Assembly: GCA_031382385.1 (NCBI GenBank)
Contig: JANMYS010000174.1
Span: 10,568 to 74,567 of the forward strand
Reading direction: 5' to 3'
Source of the DNA: Gemmatimonadota bacterium
Lineage (GTDB): Bacteria; Gemmatimonadota; Gemmatimonadetes; Gemmatimonadales; GWC2-71-9
DNA: 64,000 nucleotides
In this document: positions 8,690 to 18,321 of the stretch, piece after piece
How positions within the stretch are numbered: the first letter of the stretch is position 1
How the letters are laid out: each line of letters starts with the position of its first letter
Made by a program: the position numbers and the translations under genes
The notes under the pieces: model-generated
Database searches by the model: none
The model's input: the letters and a program-made list of their open reading frames with translations, nothing else
What the model was told of the DNA's origin: nothing

Positions 8690-9829
8690 TTGTGCACTTC
8701 AAAGGGCCACATGTTTGCATTGCTGACGACGCTGTTCCACGGTAACGGTACCTGGTCCACACCCCGTGTCATCGGGCGGGCCACTTGGCTGCCGCTCGGC
8801 GCGTTCTACCTGCTGGTGGGGGTCGCGGTTGCTGTGCTGCAGCTCACGACGCCACTCGCACCGGCTGGCGACGGGCGCACCATCGCGCCCTGGCTTGCCG
8901 ACCTGCTTGGCTACGCATCCAGCGCGGTGCCGATCCTGCCCCAGTGGCTCGTTGCTGCGCTGGCCATGATGGGAGCAATCCTGCTCGCCATTCCGCTCGG
9001 TTATGTGTACAGCCGAACCCGCACCCGGCAGGAGTATGACGGGGCGCTGGTCACCACCGTGATTGCGTTGCCATCCCTGATCACCTCCATCCTGGTGGTG
9101 GTGCAGGACAGCCTCGTGCTCGCCTTCTGTCTCGTCGGCCTCGTCGCGGCGGTGCGGTTCCGGAGCAGTCTCAAGGCGCCCCGCGATGCCGTCTATGTCC
9201 TGGCTGCCGTGGGGATCGGATTTGCGGCCGGGGTCCACGCGCTGGATGTCGCAATGGTGGTGTCCCTCGGATTCGTGGGGCTGGAACTTGCGACCTGGAA
9301 AGCGAATCTTGTCCGCGGTCACGAGGGCGTGATGGCAGCGCTGAGCCACCCGATGACGCCGCTCGGGCCGGTCGCCCCGCTCGAAACCGGTGTATCCGTA
9401 ACCGGCATCGACCACGGCACCGGAAACAGCAACGGCGATGGACACCGGCAGGGGAATGGGAACGGCCAGGGGCACGGTCACAGGAACGGCCATGGCACCA
9501 GCAACAGGAGAGGTGCCGCTGCGCGGCTCGCTGGACTGCCCGACTTCGGCGGTGATCACGACCGACGGGCACCAGCGAAACGGATCAGGCAGGCCACGCT
9601 TCGAGTCAGCGTCTCCGACATCGACGACGGCCGAGCCATGACCGAATCTGTCCTGGCCCGGATGACCAGGCATTGGGAGCTGCAGAAGACGACTGGCGGC
9701 GGCCGTACGCACCTGGTGCTCGACTACCAGGTGCGCCTGCGGAAGCGCTACCCGGTGCAGCAGGTGGTGGATGCCCTCAAGAAGGAAGGGTCGCCCTTCG
9801 TCGTGGAGGCGGAGCGCGCGTCCAGCTGA
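8690..9829 (+). CDS. DUF4956-family membrane protein with a His/Gly/Asn-rich linker and a C-terminal soluble domain (paralog B)
   Basis: The core 'LAFCLVGLVAAVRFRSSLKAPRDAVYVLAAVGIGFAAGV' matches the DUF4956 signature. The linker is 'GTGNSNGDGHRQGNGNGQGHGHRNGHGTSN'. The start is either the TTG at 8690 or the ATG at 8711. Confidence 0.75.
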   Translation: MCTSKGHMFALLTTLFHGNGTWSTPRVIGRATWLPLGAFYLLVGVAVAVLQLTTPLAPAGDGRTIAPWLADLLGYASSAVPILPQWLVAALAMMGAILLAIPLGYVYSRTRTRQEYDGALVTTVIALPSLITSILVVVQDSLVLAFCLVGLVAAVRFRSSLKAPRDAVYVLAAVGIGFAAGVHALDVAMVVSLGFVGLELATWKANLVRGHEGVMAALSHPMTPLGPVAPLETGVSVTGIDHGTGNSNGDGHRQGNGNGQGHGHRNGHGTSNRRGAAARLAGLPDFGGDHDRRAPAKRIRQATLRVSVSDIDDGRAMTESVLARMTRHWELQKTTGGGRTHLVLDYQVRLRKRYPVQQVVDALKKEGSPFVVEAERASS

Positions 9830-10087
9830 GGGTTACCCGCCTGCTCCGTGCGCTACGGGCCGGCATGAATCAGGTCATCCTTTCCCCTCGTCCGACCTCG
9901 GACCTCGAACATGCGCCGCGGGCGGACCGGTCATCGGTCAGCTGCCTGCAGATGCTCACTCCAGCTGCGCCGCGATCGCAATGGGGCCAAGGGCCTCCCT
10001 GCCGCCCTCGGGGCGTTCTCCCGCTACAGTCTCCCGCGCCACGGCCGATACTCATTCCGTCGGGAAGAGCCCGGGAGGGGTGCACCC

Positions 10088-11074
10088 ATGCTGGAACTTG
10101 GATTCACGAATTTCGAAGGGGCGGCCCAGGCCGCCCTCTCGTTTCTCCACCGGCGCACGGGGCTGCGCCTCTGGATGATCACCCGGGTCCAGGGCGACGA
10201 CTGGGTCGTGCTCAACGCCGAGGACCATGGCTACGATGTGAAGGACGGGACGGTGTTCCGCTGGACCGACTCCTTCTGCTCCCGCATGGTGCGGGGGGAA
10301 GGTCCGAGGATCGCGCCACGGTCGGAGGACGTCCCCGCCTATGCAGCGGCGCCCATCGGCCGCCAGGTCAAGATCGCGGCCTACATTGGCGTACCGTTGA
10401 TCGGTGTTGACGGGAGTCTGTTTGGCACGCTCTGCGCCATCGATCCCGAGGAGCAGCCCGCAGCGCTGGAGGATGAGCTTGAGCTGGTGGAGATGGTCGC
10501 CGGCCTGCTGGGTTCGCTGCTGCGGAGTGAAATGCAGTTCGCCGAAGAGATCCGGCATGCCGAGCGGGCTCAGGTGGAAGCCCTGAGCGATCCGCTGACG
10601 GGACTCGCCAACCGCAGGGCGTGGAGCCAGCTGCTCGCGCGTGAGGAAGAGCGGTGTCGCCGTCATGGGAATCCCGCCGCCATCCTGGCGGTCGATCTTG
10701 ACGACATGAAAACGGTCAACGATTCGCTCGGGCATTTCGAGGGAGACAAGCTGCTCCAGCGAGCGGCGCAGGTGTTCGGAACCGTAGTGCGTGGTCAGGA
10801 CGTCGCCGCTCGGGTGGGCGGCGACGAATTCGCCGTTCTGGCTGTGGAATGCGCGGCTCCCGCGGCGGAGATACTGCTCTCGCGCCTCCGTTCGGCCTTC
10901 GCTGAGGCAGGCGTCAATGCCTCGATCGGGATGGCCTTGCGGGATCCCGCGCGCACCCTGCAGCACGCCTGGGAAGCGGCAGACAGTGCCATGTACGTCG
11001 ACAAGACTCGGAAGTCGTCGAACTCGCGGTCGGGTGAGCCTGGGGTTATCGACCGGTTGTCAACCGCGGTGTAG
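10088..11074 (+). CDS. GAF-GGDEF diguanylate cyclase with an I-site
   Basis: The ATG at 10088 follows GGGAGGGG. The N-terminal half is GAF-like. The C-terminal half reads 'DPLTGLANRR...LAVDLDDMKTVNDSLGHFEGD...RGQDVAARVGGDEFAVL', giving RxxD five residues before an intact GGDEF. Confidence 0.9.
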   Translation: MLELGFTNFEGAAQAALSFLHRRTGLRLWMITRVQGDDWVVLNAEDHGYDVKDGTVFRWTDSFCSRMVRGEGPRIAPRSEDVPAYAAAPIGRQVKIAAYIGVPLIGVDGSLFGTLCAIDPEEQPAALEDELELVEMVAGLLGSLLRSEMQFAEEIRHAERAQVEALSDPLTGLANRRAWSQLLAREEERCRRHGNPAAILAVDLDDMKTVNDSLGHFEGDKLLQRAAQVFGTVVRGQDVAARVGGDEFAVLAVECAAPAAEILLSRLRSAFAEAGVNASIGMALRDPARTLQHAWEAADSAMYVDKTRKSSNSRSGEPGVIDRLSTAV

Positions 11075-11114
11075 TGCACCGCATGGGGCTGGGTGAACGC
11101 AATCCGGTCGAGCA

Positions 11115-11136
11115 GGGCGGGCCTCGGTGCCCGCCC
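11115..11136 (+). terminator. GC hairpin after the GGDEF gene
   Basis: GGGCGGG-CCTCGGTG-CCCGCCC forms a 7-bp stem 40 nt after the stop. There is no clear U-tract. It abuts repeat element copy A. Confidence 0.3.
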
Positions 11137-11176
11137 GCTGTCATTCCGAGGAGCGCAGCGATGAGGAATCCCTTCA
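11137..11176 (+). repeat. Short intergenic repeat element, copy A (degenerate)
   Basis: GCTGTCATTCCGAGGAGCGCAGCGATGAGGAATCCC aligns with the reverse complement of 44642..44679 (GCTGTCATCCTGAGCCCGCGCAGCGGGCGAAGGATCTC). Confidence 0.5.
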
Positions 11177-11220
11177 GCCTGGCGCCGGAATCGGAGTGGT
11201 GAGTGGGGTGGCAGGCGTGA

Positions 11221-11715
11221 TCAACGGAGCAGCGGCACCACCTCCCGCTCGATCTGCTCCGGCGTGTCCGTCGGTGCGAAACGCTGCACCACCTCGCCGT
11301 CCGGGCCCACCAGGAACTTGGTGAAGTTCCACTTGACGGCCGTCGTGCCGAGCAGGCCGGGCTGCGCCGCCTTGAGGTGCTCGTACAGCGGGTGCGTCCC
11401 CGGCCCGTTCACCTCCAGCTTGGCGAACATCGGAAAGGTCACGTCGTACTCCAGGCTGCAGAACCGCTGGATCTCCGCCGCATCCCCCGGCTCCTGGTGA
11501 CCGAACTGGTCGCAGGGAAATCCCAGCACCACGAGGCCCTTGGCCTTGTGCCGGCGGTAGAGCGCCTCGAGCCCGGCATACTGTGGGGTGAAGCCGCACT
11601 GACTGGCAACATTCACGATGAGCAGGGTCTTCCCCCGGTACGGTTTGAGGGACGTCGGCGTGCCGTCCAGGGTGTGGATCGGGATGTCGTAGAGCGAGGT
11701 GGTGCGTGCGGGCAT
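11221..11715 (-). CDS. gpx: Glutathione peroxidase (Cys type)
   Basis: 'LLIVNVASQCGFTPQYAGLEALY...GLVVLGFPCDQFGHQEPG...KWNFTKFLV' is the canonical GPx signature, with Cys (not Sec) at the active site. Confidence 0.95.
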   Translation of the reverse strand: MPARTTSLYDIPIHTLDGTPTSLKPYRGKTLLIVNVASQCGFTPQYAGLEALYRRHKAKGLVVLGFPCDQFGHQEPGDAAEIQRFCSLEYDVTFPMFAKLEVNGPGTHPLYEHLKAAQPGLLGTTAVKWNFTKFLVGPDGEVVQRFAPTDTPEQIEREVVPLLR

Positions 11716-11889
11716 GGCCTGGTCCGAAAGGGTCGGGGCAATCTACCCCGCCGAGAGTATGCGGACGACACCGAGGATTGTCAGTCAGTGGTCTTGTCGA
11801 GCACCAACCGCACTCGCTGAGTCAGCGTGGCGATAGAGCAGGGCTTGGGGAGGAACTCCACCCCCTCCTTCAGTACCCCTCCTGCATAA

Positions 11890-14595
11890 TCACGTCCCCG
11901 CCCTCACCTTCCGCCGCAACTCCTCGAACCAGTTGTCCACCACCACGATCTGCCCCGCGCCAGGGGCCTGATCCGCCCCTGTCAGCCGCACCATCAGGAA
12001 GTGCTTGTCATCCGGGCTCCCGTCCCAGTAGGGCACCACATTCGATGGCATGAGTTGCGAGAGGGCGGTGAACAGTCGGCGCGGCTCGCCCGGCAGGAAG
12101 GTGGGGGATCCCCTCACGGGCGCCACCATCAGGTCGTTGCCCGGATTCTGAAAGAACAACTCGCTGCCGCTGTGCGACCAGCGGGGGCTGTTGCCTCCGG
12201 TGGTGGAGATCTGCCAGCGGCCAGAAGCCACGTCGGGGAATGGACGGACGTAGACCTCCGCCTGTCCGGACTCGTCGGAAACGTACGCCAGCCACCGGCC
12301 ATCGGGAGAGAGCGAGATCCCTGTCTCCTGGAACCGACTGGTGAGAATCGGGATCGGCGCGGTGTCGCGGCCGGGCCGGACGGCGTACACGTTCCGGTTG
12401 GCCTGGTCGGTCGTCCGATACACCAGCCATTGGCCGTCGCGCGAGAGCTGCGCCTCCTGAATCCCTCCGGCTGGAGCACGCAACAGCAATTCGGCGGGGC
12501 GAGCGCCGTCGGCCTGCTGCCGCCAGAGGCTGCCCAGGCTGCTATCCCGGTTGGAGATGTAGATCACCGACCTGCCGTCGGCGGTCCAGGTCGGCCTGGT
12601 GTTGTTGGTGCCCTCGAAGCTGAGCCGGGAAAAGGGGCCCGATGGCAGTTGTTTCACCCAGATGTCGACGGACCTGGTACCGAGCACATCGATCGCCAGT
12701 CGGGTCCCATCAGGGGAGAGGGAAAGTCCCCGGTTGGCCGAACCGGTGAACTTGAGGGGCGGATCGAGCGATTTCGCCGAGCCATCTCTCCCGACCCAGA
12801 CCGCCTCGACTGAACCGTCGCCGCCGGTCGCCCGGCCCGGAATGTAGGCCAGGGTCCCCTCCCGGGAGATGGCGAGGTCCGCCGCCCCGAAGTTCTTGGT
12901 GGCTATTCCTTCCACCAGCGGCACCGCTGGTCCGGTGAGCTTGAGCTTATCGACATCAAAGGGGGCGGCGACGAGGGTACCATCGGCGCGCAGGTAGACC
13001 AGGAGGCCGGGGGCGACATAGCGCGCCATCAGCCCCTTGGTGAGGACGTGCCGCCGACGGCTGGCAATCTCGACTGCCACGATGTCGAAGTCCTCGGGGT
13101 CAAGGTTGCGGCGAGAGCGGAGCAGCAGCGCCTTGCCACCTGGGAGAGCCTCCGGCCAGGCGTGACCCACCTCCGCCGAGGCACTGTCCAGCGGGAGGAA
13201 CGGCTCCGGAGTGCCACCACCCTCGGGGATTCGGTGGAGTCCAGCCTGGGTGTCAAAGTAGATCCAGCCGTCCGAGCTCCACGCCGCACCGCCACCACCT
13301 CCCGTGCCGGCCTGGAAGAGCGTCACCGCCGGGCCACCTGAGACCGGGATGACCTTGAGGTCAAAGAGGGTGCCGGCCGAGAAACCGATCTGCTTTCCGT
13401 CGGGGGAGAAGAACAGGTTGAGCGCGCCGCTGGTTCCCGCGAGCGGAGTGGCATCCAGTTGGTCTCGCTCGCGGAGCCACAGTTGGCCTCCGCCGTCGCC
13501 CGGGCCAACGTAGACCATCAGGTTGCCATCGGGCGACAGCGCGATATTGCTGCCCGCCGCGAGCCGCTGCATCGCCGCATTGGGCGCAATCCCCATGCTG
13601 TAGCGGCGCACCGGGCGGGGTGGTTCGGGCCGGAGCCATCCCCATGCTGCCACGACGGCAACGAGAACCAGCAGTGCCCCCAGCACCGGCACGAGATAGC
13701 GCCGAGTCCCCGTGGCCGCTGGCAGCCGAGCGGTCGCCGCGCCAAGGCGTCGCGTGGCCGGACCGCCGCCGGTCAGCGCCGCCGCAAATTCCGCCGCACT
13801 CGCATACCGATCCGCCGGCAGCTTCTCCAGCGCGGTGAGGACGGCGGCTTCGAGTTCCGGCGGAACGGTATGCCGCTGCGCCGTGAGGTTGCGCGGCTGT
13901 TCCGTCACCACCCTGGCCACGATGGCCTGCGCCGTGGCCCCGGTGAACGGCGGCTCGCCGGTGAGCATCTCGTACACCACGCAGCCCAGCGCGTAGACGT
14001 CGGAGCGGGCGGTGATCTCCCGCTCGCCCATCGCCTGCTCCGGGCTCATGTAGTGCGGCGTACCGAGACTCATGCCGGTCTCGGTCATCCGGCTGCCACC
14101 GTCGCTCCGGCTCACCGCCAGCGCAATGCCGAAGTCCGCCACCAGGGCGTGCCCGCCGTGCAGCAGGATGTTCTCCGGCTTGATGTCACGGTGGATGACG
14201 CCGTGCTCGTGGGCATACTGCAGCGCGTCGGCCACCTCGCGGGCGATCTGCACCGCTTCGTTCACCGGGAGCTGGTGCTCCCGCTTGATCCGGTCGCGGA
14301 GATTCTCCCCCTCCACGTAGGGCATGACGTAGAACACCGTGCCGGCGGCCTCGCCAGAATCGAACAACGAGAGGATATGGGGGTGCTGCAGGTTGGCGGT
14401 GGTCTTGATCTCGGCGAGGAAGCGCTCGGCCCCGATGACGGCGGCCAGTTCGGGACGGAGGACCTTCACCGCCACGCGGCGGTCGTGCCGGATGTCCTCG
14501 GCCAGGTAGACGGTGGCCATGCCGCCCTGGCCCAACTCGCGTTCCAGCCGGTAGCGGTCCGCGAGCGATTCGGTGAGCTTCGGCGGTGGATTCAT
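11890..14595 (-). CDS. Ser/Thr protein kinase, one TM segment, C-terminal TolB-like (PD40/WD40-like) beta-propeller
   Basis: The ATG at 14595 was verified. Kinase motifs are 'LGQGGMATVYLAEDIRHDRRVAVKVL', 'HRDIKPENILL', 'DFGIA' and 'GTPHYMSPEQ'. The TM segment is 'YLVPVLGALLVLVAVVAAWGW'. Repeated 'SPDG..LAY/IAF' propeller blades follow. Confidence 0.9.
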   Translation of the reverse strand: MNPPPKLTESLADRYRLERELGQGGMATVYLAEDIRHDRRVAVKVLRPELAAVIGAERFLAEIKTTANLQHPHILSLFDSGEAAGTVFYVMPYVEGENLRDRIKREHQLPVNEAVQIAREVADALQYAHEHGVIHRDIKPENILLHGGHALVADFGIALAVSRSDGGSRMTETGMSLGTPHYMSPEQAMGEREITARSDVYALGCVVYEMLTGEPPFTGATAQAIVARVVTEQPRNLTAQRHTVPPELEAAVLTALEKLPADRYASAAEFAAALTGGGPATRRLGAATARLPAATGTRRYLVPVLGALLVLVAVVAAWGWLRPEPPRPVRRYSMGIAPNAAMQRLAAGSNIALSPDGNLMVYVGPGDGGGQLWLRERDQLDATPLAGTSGALNLFFSPDGKQIGFSAGTLFDLKVIPVSGGPAVTLFQAGTGGGGGAAWSSDGWIYFDTQAGLHRIPEGGGTPEPFLPLDSASAEVGHAWPEALPGGKALLLRSRRNLDPEDFDIVAVEIASRRRHVLTKGLMARYVAPGLLVYLRADGTLVAAPFDVDKLKLTGPAVPLVEGIATKNFGAADLAISREGTLAYIPGRATGGDGSVEAVWVGRDGSAKSLDPPLKFTGSANRGLSLSPDGTRLAIDVLGTRSVDIWVKQLPSGPFSRLSFEGTNNTRPTWTADGRSVIYISNRDSSLGSLWRQQADGARPAELLLRAPAGGIQEAQLSRDGQWLVYRTTDQANRNVYAVRPGRDTAPIPILTSRFQETGISLSPDGRWLAYVSDESGQAEVYVRPFPDVASGRWQISTTGGNSPRWSHSGSELFFQNPGNDLMVAPVRGSPTFLPGEPRRLFTALSQLMPSNVVPYWDGSPDDKHFLMVRLTGADQAPGAGQIVVVDNWFEELRRKVRAGT

Positions 14596-14639
14596 CGGGT
14601 CAAGATGCAGCCCGATGCGGCCGGGCGGTAGGGGCGGCG

Positions 14640-15245
14640 TTACTCCACCCGCACCGCCTCGAGCGCGATCGTGATCTCCACGTCGTTGCCGATCAGCGTG
14701 TTGGCGCCGACGATGCTGTTCCACTCCATCCCGTAGTCGCGCCGGTCGATCGTCGTCGTCGCGTCGAACGCGATTCGCTCGCGGCCGTCGCTGTCCTTCG
14801 CGATGCCGCGGTACTGGCCGGTGAAGCTGGCCGGGTGCGCGTGGCCCTTGATGGTCAGCAGGCCCACGATTTCGGTGGTGGTGTCGCTCCGGGCCAGGCT
14901 GGAACCGCGGAAGCTCAGCTCCGGAAAGCTGTCCACCGCGAAGAACCGCTCGCCGCGCAGGTCGGCGTCGCGGACCGCGTTCCCGGTGTTGAGGCTTGCC
15001 GTCTGCACCGTCACGTCGACCCGCCCGCTCCGGACCCCCCGGTTATCGGTGGTGATGACGGCGTACCAGTTGGTGAAGGTGCCACGCACCCGGCCCACCA
15101 GGTGGCGGACCCGGAAATCCACCTGCGAATGGACGATGTCCACGATCCAGCGGCCGGCCTTCGGCACCCCGGACCCCTGCGCGGCCAGGCTCCCTGAAAG
15201 GCCGGCCAGCAGCATGCCGACCAGCACCAGCGTCCGACGGTTCAT
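14640..15245 (-). CDS. YceI-family periplasmic protein
   Basis: The signal peptide is 'LVLVGMLLAGLSGSLAAQ'. 'VDIVHSQVDFRVRHLVGRVRGTFT' and 'LLTIKGHAHPASF' are typical YceI patterns. The ATG at 15245 was verified. Confidence 0.88.
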   Translation of the reverse strand: MNRRTLVLVGMLLAGLSGSLAAQGSGVPKAGRWIVDIVHSQVDFRVRHLVGRVRGTFTNWYAVITTDNRGVRSGRVDVTVQTASLNTGNAVRDADLRGERFFAVDSFPELSFRGSSLARSDTTTEIVGLLTIKGHAHPASFTGQYRGIAKDSDGRERIAFDATTTIDRRDYGMEWNSIVGANTLIGNDVEITIALEAVRVE

Positions 15246-15413
15246 GGCGCGCTCCCTTGTTGGGTTCCTCATGAAGGATATGCCGCGAAGGTGAAGGAGC
15301 CGTGAGGATTGGCGGAATGAGGGGTTGCGCCAAAATCACGCAAGCCGCACACTCTCCCCCGGCAGCTTCATCCACCCCATTATCGTTCCCCCTCCACGCT
15401 CGGAGTATCGCCC

Positions 15414-18275
15414 TTGGCTGCACCGCACGACCCTAAGGCTGCGATTCAGGCCGCCTTGGCGGATCGGTACGAGCTGCTCGACGAGATCGGCCGGGGGGGA
15501 ATGGCCACCGTGTATCTCGCCCGCGACCGGCGGCACGGCGCGCGGGTCGCCATCAAGGTCCTGCGCCCCGAACTCCTGTTCGCCATGGGCGGCGAGCGCT
15601 TTCTCCGCGAAATCCACATCAGCGCCAGTCTGCAGCATCCCAACATCCTCCCGGTCCTCGACTCGGGCGAAGCCGCCGGCACATCCTATTTCGTCATGCC
15701 ATTCGTCGAAGGGGAATCGCTGCAGCAGCGGCTCCAGCGGGAGACCCGGCTGCCGGTGGACGAGGCGGTGCGCCTGACCGCCGAGGTGGCCGACGGGCTC
15801 GCGCACGCTCACACCGCCGGGTTCATCCATCGCGACATCAAGCCCGGCAACATCCTGCTGTCCCACGGGCATGCGGTGCTCGCGGACTTCGGGGTGGCCC
15901 GTGCGCTGGATGCATCAGGGGCCGATCGTCTCACCGAGACCGGGTTGTCGGTGGGCACCGTGGCGTACATGAGCCCGGAGCAGGCCGGTGCGGGCCGCCT
16001 CGACGGGCGGAGCGACATCTACTCACTGGGATGCGTGCTCTACGAGATGCTGGCCGGCACACCGCCCTTCACCGGCCCGAGCGCCCAGGCCATCATGGCC
16101 CGGAATGCCATCGACCCGGTGCCGAGCATTCGCACCGTGCGGCAGGGCGTGCCCCAGGCACTCGAGGCTGCGATCAACCGGGCGCTCGCCAAGGTGCCGG
16201 AGGATCGCTTCGCTACCGTGGCGGAGTTCCGGGATGAGATCATCCGGGCCGCCGCGACTCCGATTATCACCACGGCAACACCGCCGGCGACCCGGCCCTG
16301 GTGGCGTCGGCGCCAGGCGCTGCTCGCGGCGGCGATTGTCGGGCTCGGCGCGATCATCCTTCTGTGGCGGGGGACCGCGGTTCGTCCGTCGCTCGATCCC
16401 AATCGGGTGATGGTGTACCCCTTCGTGCTCCCCAGCGACTGGCCCGGTGCCCGCACCTCGGGCGAGGATATCGCCACCGTCATCGGGAGTGCGATGGACG
16501 GCGCTGGATCCCTCCGCTGGGTGGATGGCTGGCAACTCCTCCAGCCGGCGCAGCGGGAGAACATCCGCCTGCTGGCGGTGCAGGAGGCGATGGAAATCGC
16601 TCGCGCCCAGCGCTGTGCCTATGCCATCACCGGCCGGCTGGTGGCGCGGGGTGATTCCGCCGACGTCTTCCTCGAACTCTACGACGTGCGCGGTGACTCG
16701 GTCATCGCCCGCACCCCGGGGCAGTCCGCGAGCATCAGCGAAAGCTGGCGCGGGGGCATGCGGGCGGTCACCACCATTCTTCCCCGGCTCATCCCGACCG
16801 CCGTGCCCGATGTCGAGGCCGAATGGAAAGCGCGGCCGCCGCAGGCGGTGGCCCATTTCCTCCTGGGCGAGGCCGCGTTCCGGCGGGTGCAATTGGCCGA
16901 CGCACTGGCGGAGTTCCGCAAGGCGATCGCTGCGGATTCGACCTTCGGGATCGCGGCAGTGCGGGGGGCGCAGGCCGCCGCCTGGAACCATCAGCCCCGT
17001 CAGGCGGCGTCGCTGATTCGCATCGCGACGGGTCAGGAGCTCTCGCCGCGCTACCAGCTTTTCGCCCGTGGCGTCGCATCCTACCTCGATGGTCGTGCCG
17101 ACTCGGCGGTCGCGCAGTTGCGTGCCGCGCTGGAGCTGGACCCGTCCATGGTGGTCGCCTGGATGCAGCTGGGCGAGGTGTACATGCATCTCCTCCCGGT
17201 CGAGGGGAACACCGATAGCCTCGCCGAGGCAGCCTTCGGACGAGCGCGCGCGCTCGACTCGACCGCGACCACCGTGCGATTCCACCTGGTGGAGATTCTC
17301 GCCCGTCGGGGTGATCGGGCCGGATCCGCTCTCCTGGCCCGGCAGTTCGCCCGGCTGGCGGCGGACACCCAGCTCGCCCGCCAGGTCGAACTGGTCTCGG
17401 CCTGTGGACCCACCGGGTTTGAGGGCATGGATCTCCGGGCCACTGCGGTGCGCAGCCCGCTGCCGCTGAGCCTCGCCGCTATGTCGTTAGGTGCATCCAC
17501 CGTCACTTCGAAGTGTGCACTGGCCGGATACGCCATGCTGCTGCAGGAAGACACCGCCCGGACCGAGGCGGCGGAGGGCCGTCGCTTCTTTGCGCTGCTC
17601 GGCCTGGTCAACGCGCTGCTGGGCCGGGGACGGACCGATGAAGCCGCGACTGCCATCGAACAGTTCCGCCAGCGGTGGGGATCCGGCGCGTCGCTCTACC
17701 TGCTGGCAGCACCGGTGGAGCCGGCGTTCGCCGATCGGGCCCGTGCCCTCGCCCGACAGGATTCCGTTGATTACGGCCCGACCTACGCCCGTGTCCCCTA
17801 TCCGGTGCGCCTGTGGGAACTGGGGGTCTGGGCGGCGGACGAGGGAAAGGCGCCCCTCGCCCGCGCGGTCGCCCGCGACCTCGCCACCCGGGCCATGCGC
17901 GGTGCGCGGATCGATACCCTGCTGGCCTCTTCCATGGCAGCACACGCGACACTGGCGGAGGGCGACTCCCTGCTGGCGCTCCAGCTGTTTGAACGGTTGA
18001 TTGGAGGAGCCTCCCCAGCCGACGAGCTGACCTGGAACGAAGTCGCCTCGCTCGGGCTCGATCGGTTGATGCTGGGGCGGCTGCTCATCTGGCATCGGGA
18101 GTACGCCCGCGCCTTTGGAGTGCTGGCGGTGCACGACTCGGCGCTGCCCGCGGTGTACCCGCTCTATCTGCGGGCCAGCCTGCTGCTCCGGGCGGACGCG
18201 GCCACTGCGCTTAACGAAACACCGCTGGCGGCTTCGCTGCGGGCCCGCGTGGCGGCGCTGTCCAGCGGCTCATGA
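15414..18275 (+). CDS. Ser/Thr protein kinase, one TM segment, large helical (TPR-like) C-terminal region
   Basis: The start is TTG. Kinase motifs are 'IGRGGMATVYLARDRRHGARVAIKVL', 'HRDIKPGNILL', 'DFGVA' and 'GTVAYMSPEQ'. The TM segment is 'ALLAAAIVGLGAIILLW'. About 600 aa of Ala/Leu/Arg-rich helical repeats follow. Confidence 0.9.
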   Translation: MAAPHDPKAAIQAALADRYELLDEIGRGGMATVYLARDRRHGARVAIKVLRPELLFAMGGERFLREIHISASLQHPNILPVLDSGEAAGTSYFVMPFVEGESLQQRLQRETRLPVDEAVRLTAEVADGLAHAHTAGFIHRDIKPGNILLSHGHAVLADFGVARALDASGADRLTETGLSVGTVAYMSPEQAGAGRLDGRSDIYSLGCVLYEMLAGTPPFTGPSAQAIMARNAIDPVPSIRTVRQGVPQALEAAINRALAKVPEDRFATVAEFRDEIIRAAATPIITTATPPATRPWWRRRQALLAAAIVGLGAIILLWRGTAVRPSLDPNRVMVYPFVLPSDWPGARTSGEDIATVIGSAMDGAGSLRWVDGWQLLQPAQRENIRLLAVQEAMEIARAQRCAYAITGRLVARGDSADVFLELYDVRGDSVIARTPGQSASISESWRGGMRAVTTILPRLIPTAVPDVEAEWKARPPQAVAHFLLGEAAFRRVQLADALAEFRKAIAADSTFGIAAVRGAQAAAWNHQPRQAASLIRIATGQELSPRYQLFARGVASYLDGRADSAVAQLRAALELDPSMVVAWMQLGEVYMHLLPVEGNTDSLAEAAFGRARALDSTATTVRFHLVEILARRGDRAGSALLARQFARLAADTQLARQVELVSACGPTGFEGMDLRATAVRSPLPLSLAAMSLGASTVTSKCALAGYAMLLQEDTARTEAAEGRRFFALLGLVNALLGRGRTDEAATAIEQFRQRWGSGASLYLLAAPVEPAFADRARALARQDSVDYGPTYARVPYPVRLWELGVWAADEGKAPLARAVARDLATRAMRGARIDTLLASSMAAHATLAEGDSLLALQLFERLIGGASPADELTWNEVASLGLDRLMLGRLLIWHREYARAFGVLAVHDSALPAVYPLYLRASLLLRADAATALNETPLAASLRARVAALSSGS

Positions 18276-18321
18276 GGTGTCCCCGAAGGCCGGATTCAAC
18301 ATGCGTACTCGGAGGGAACCG

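Noticed and set aside
9390-9520. A His/Gly/Asn-rich low-complexity DNA stretch that might be an independent repeat element.
   Set aside because: It is in frame inside DUF4956 paralog B and has no precise nucleotide periodicity. I treated it as a coding low-complexity linker.
11221-11715. Possible selenoprotein (glutathione peroxidase family).
   Set aside because: The active-site codon is a normal Cys ('ASQCGFT'). There is no in-frame TGA and no need for a SECIS element.
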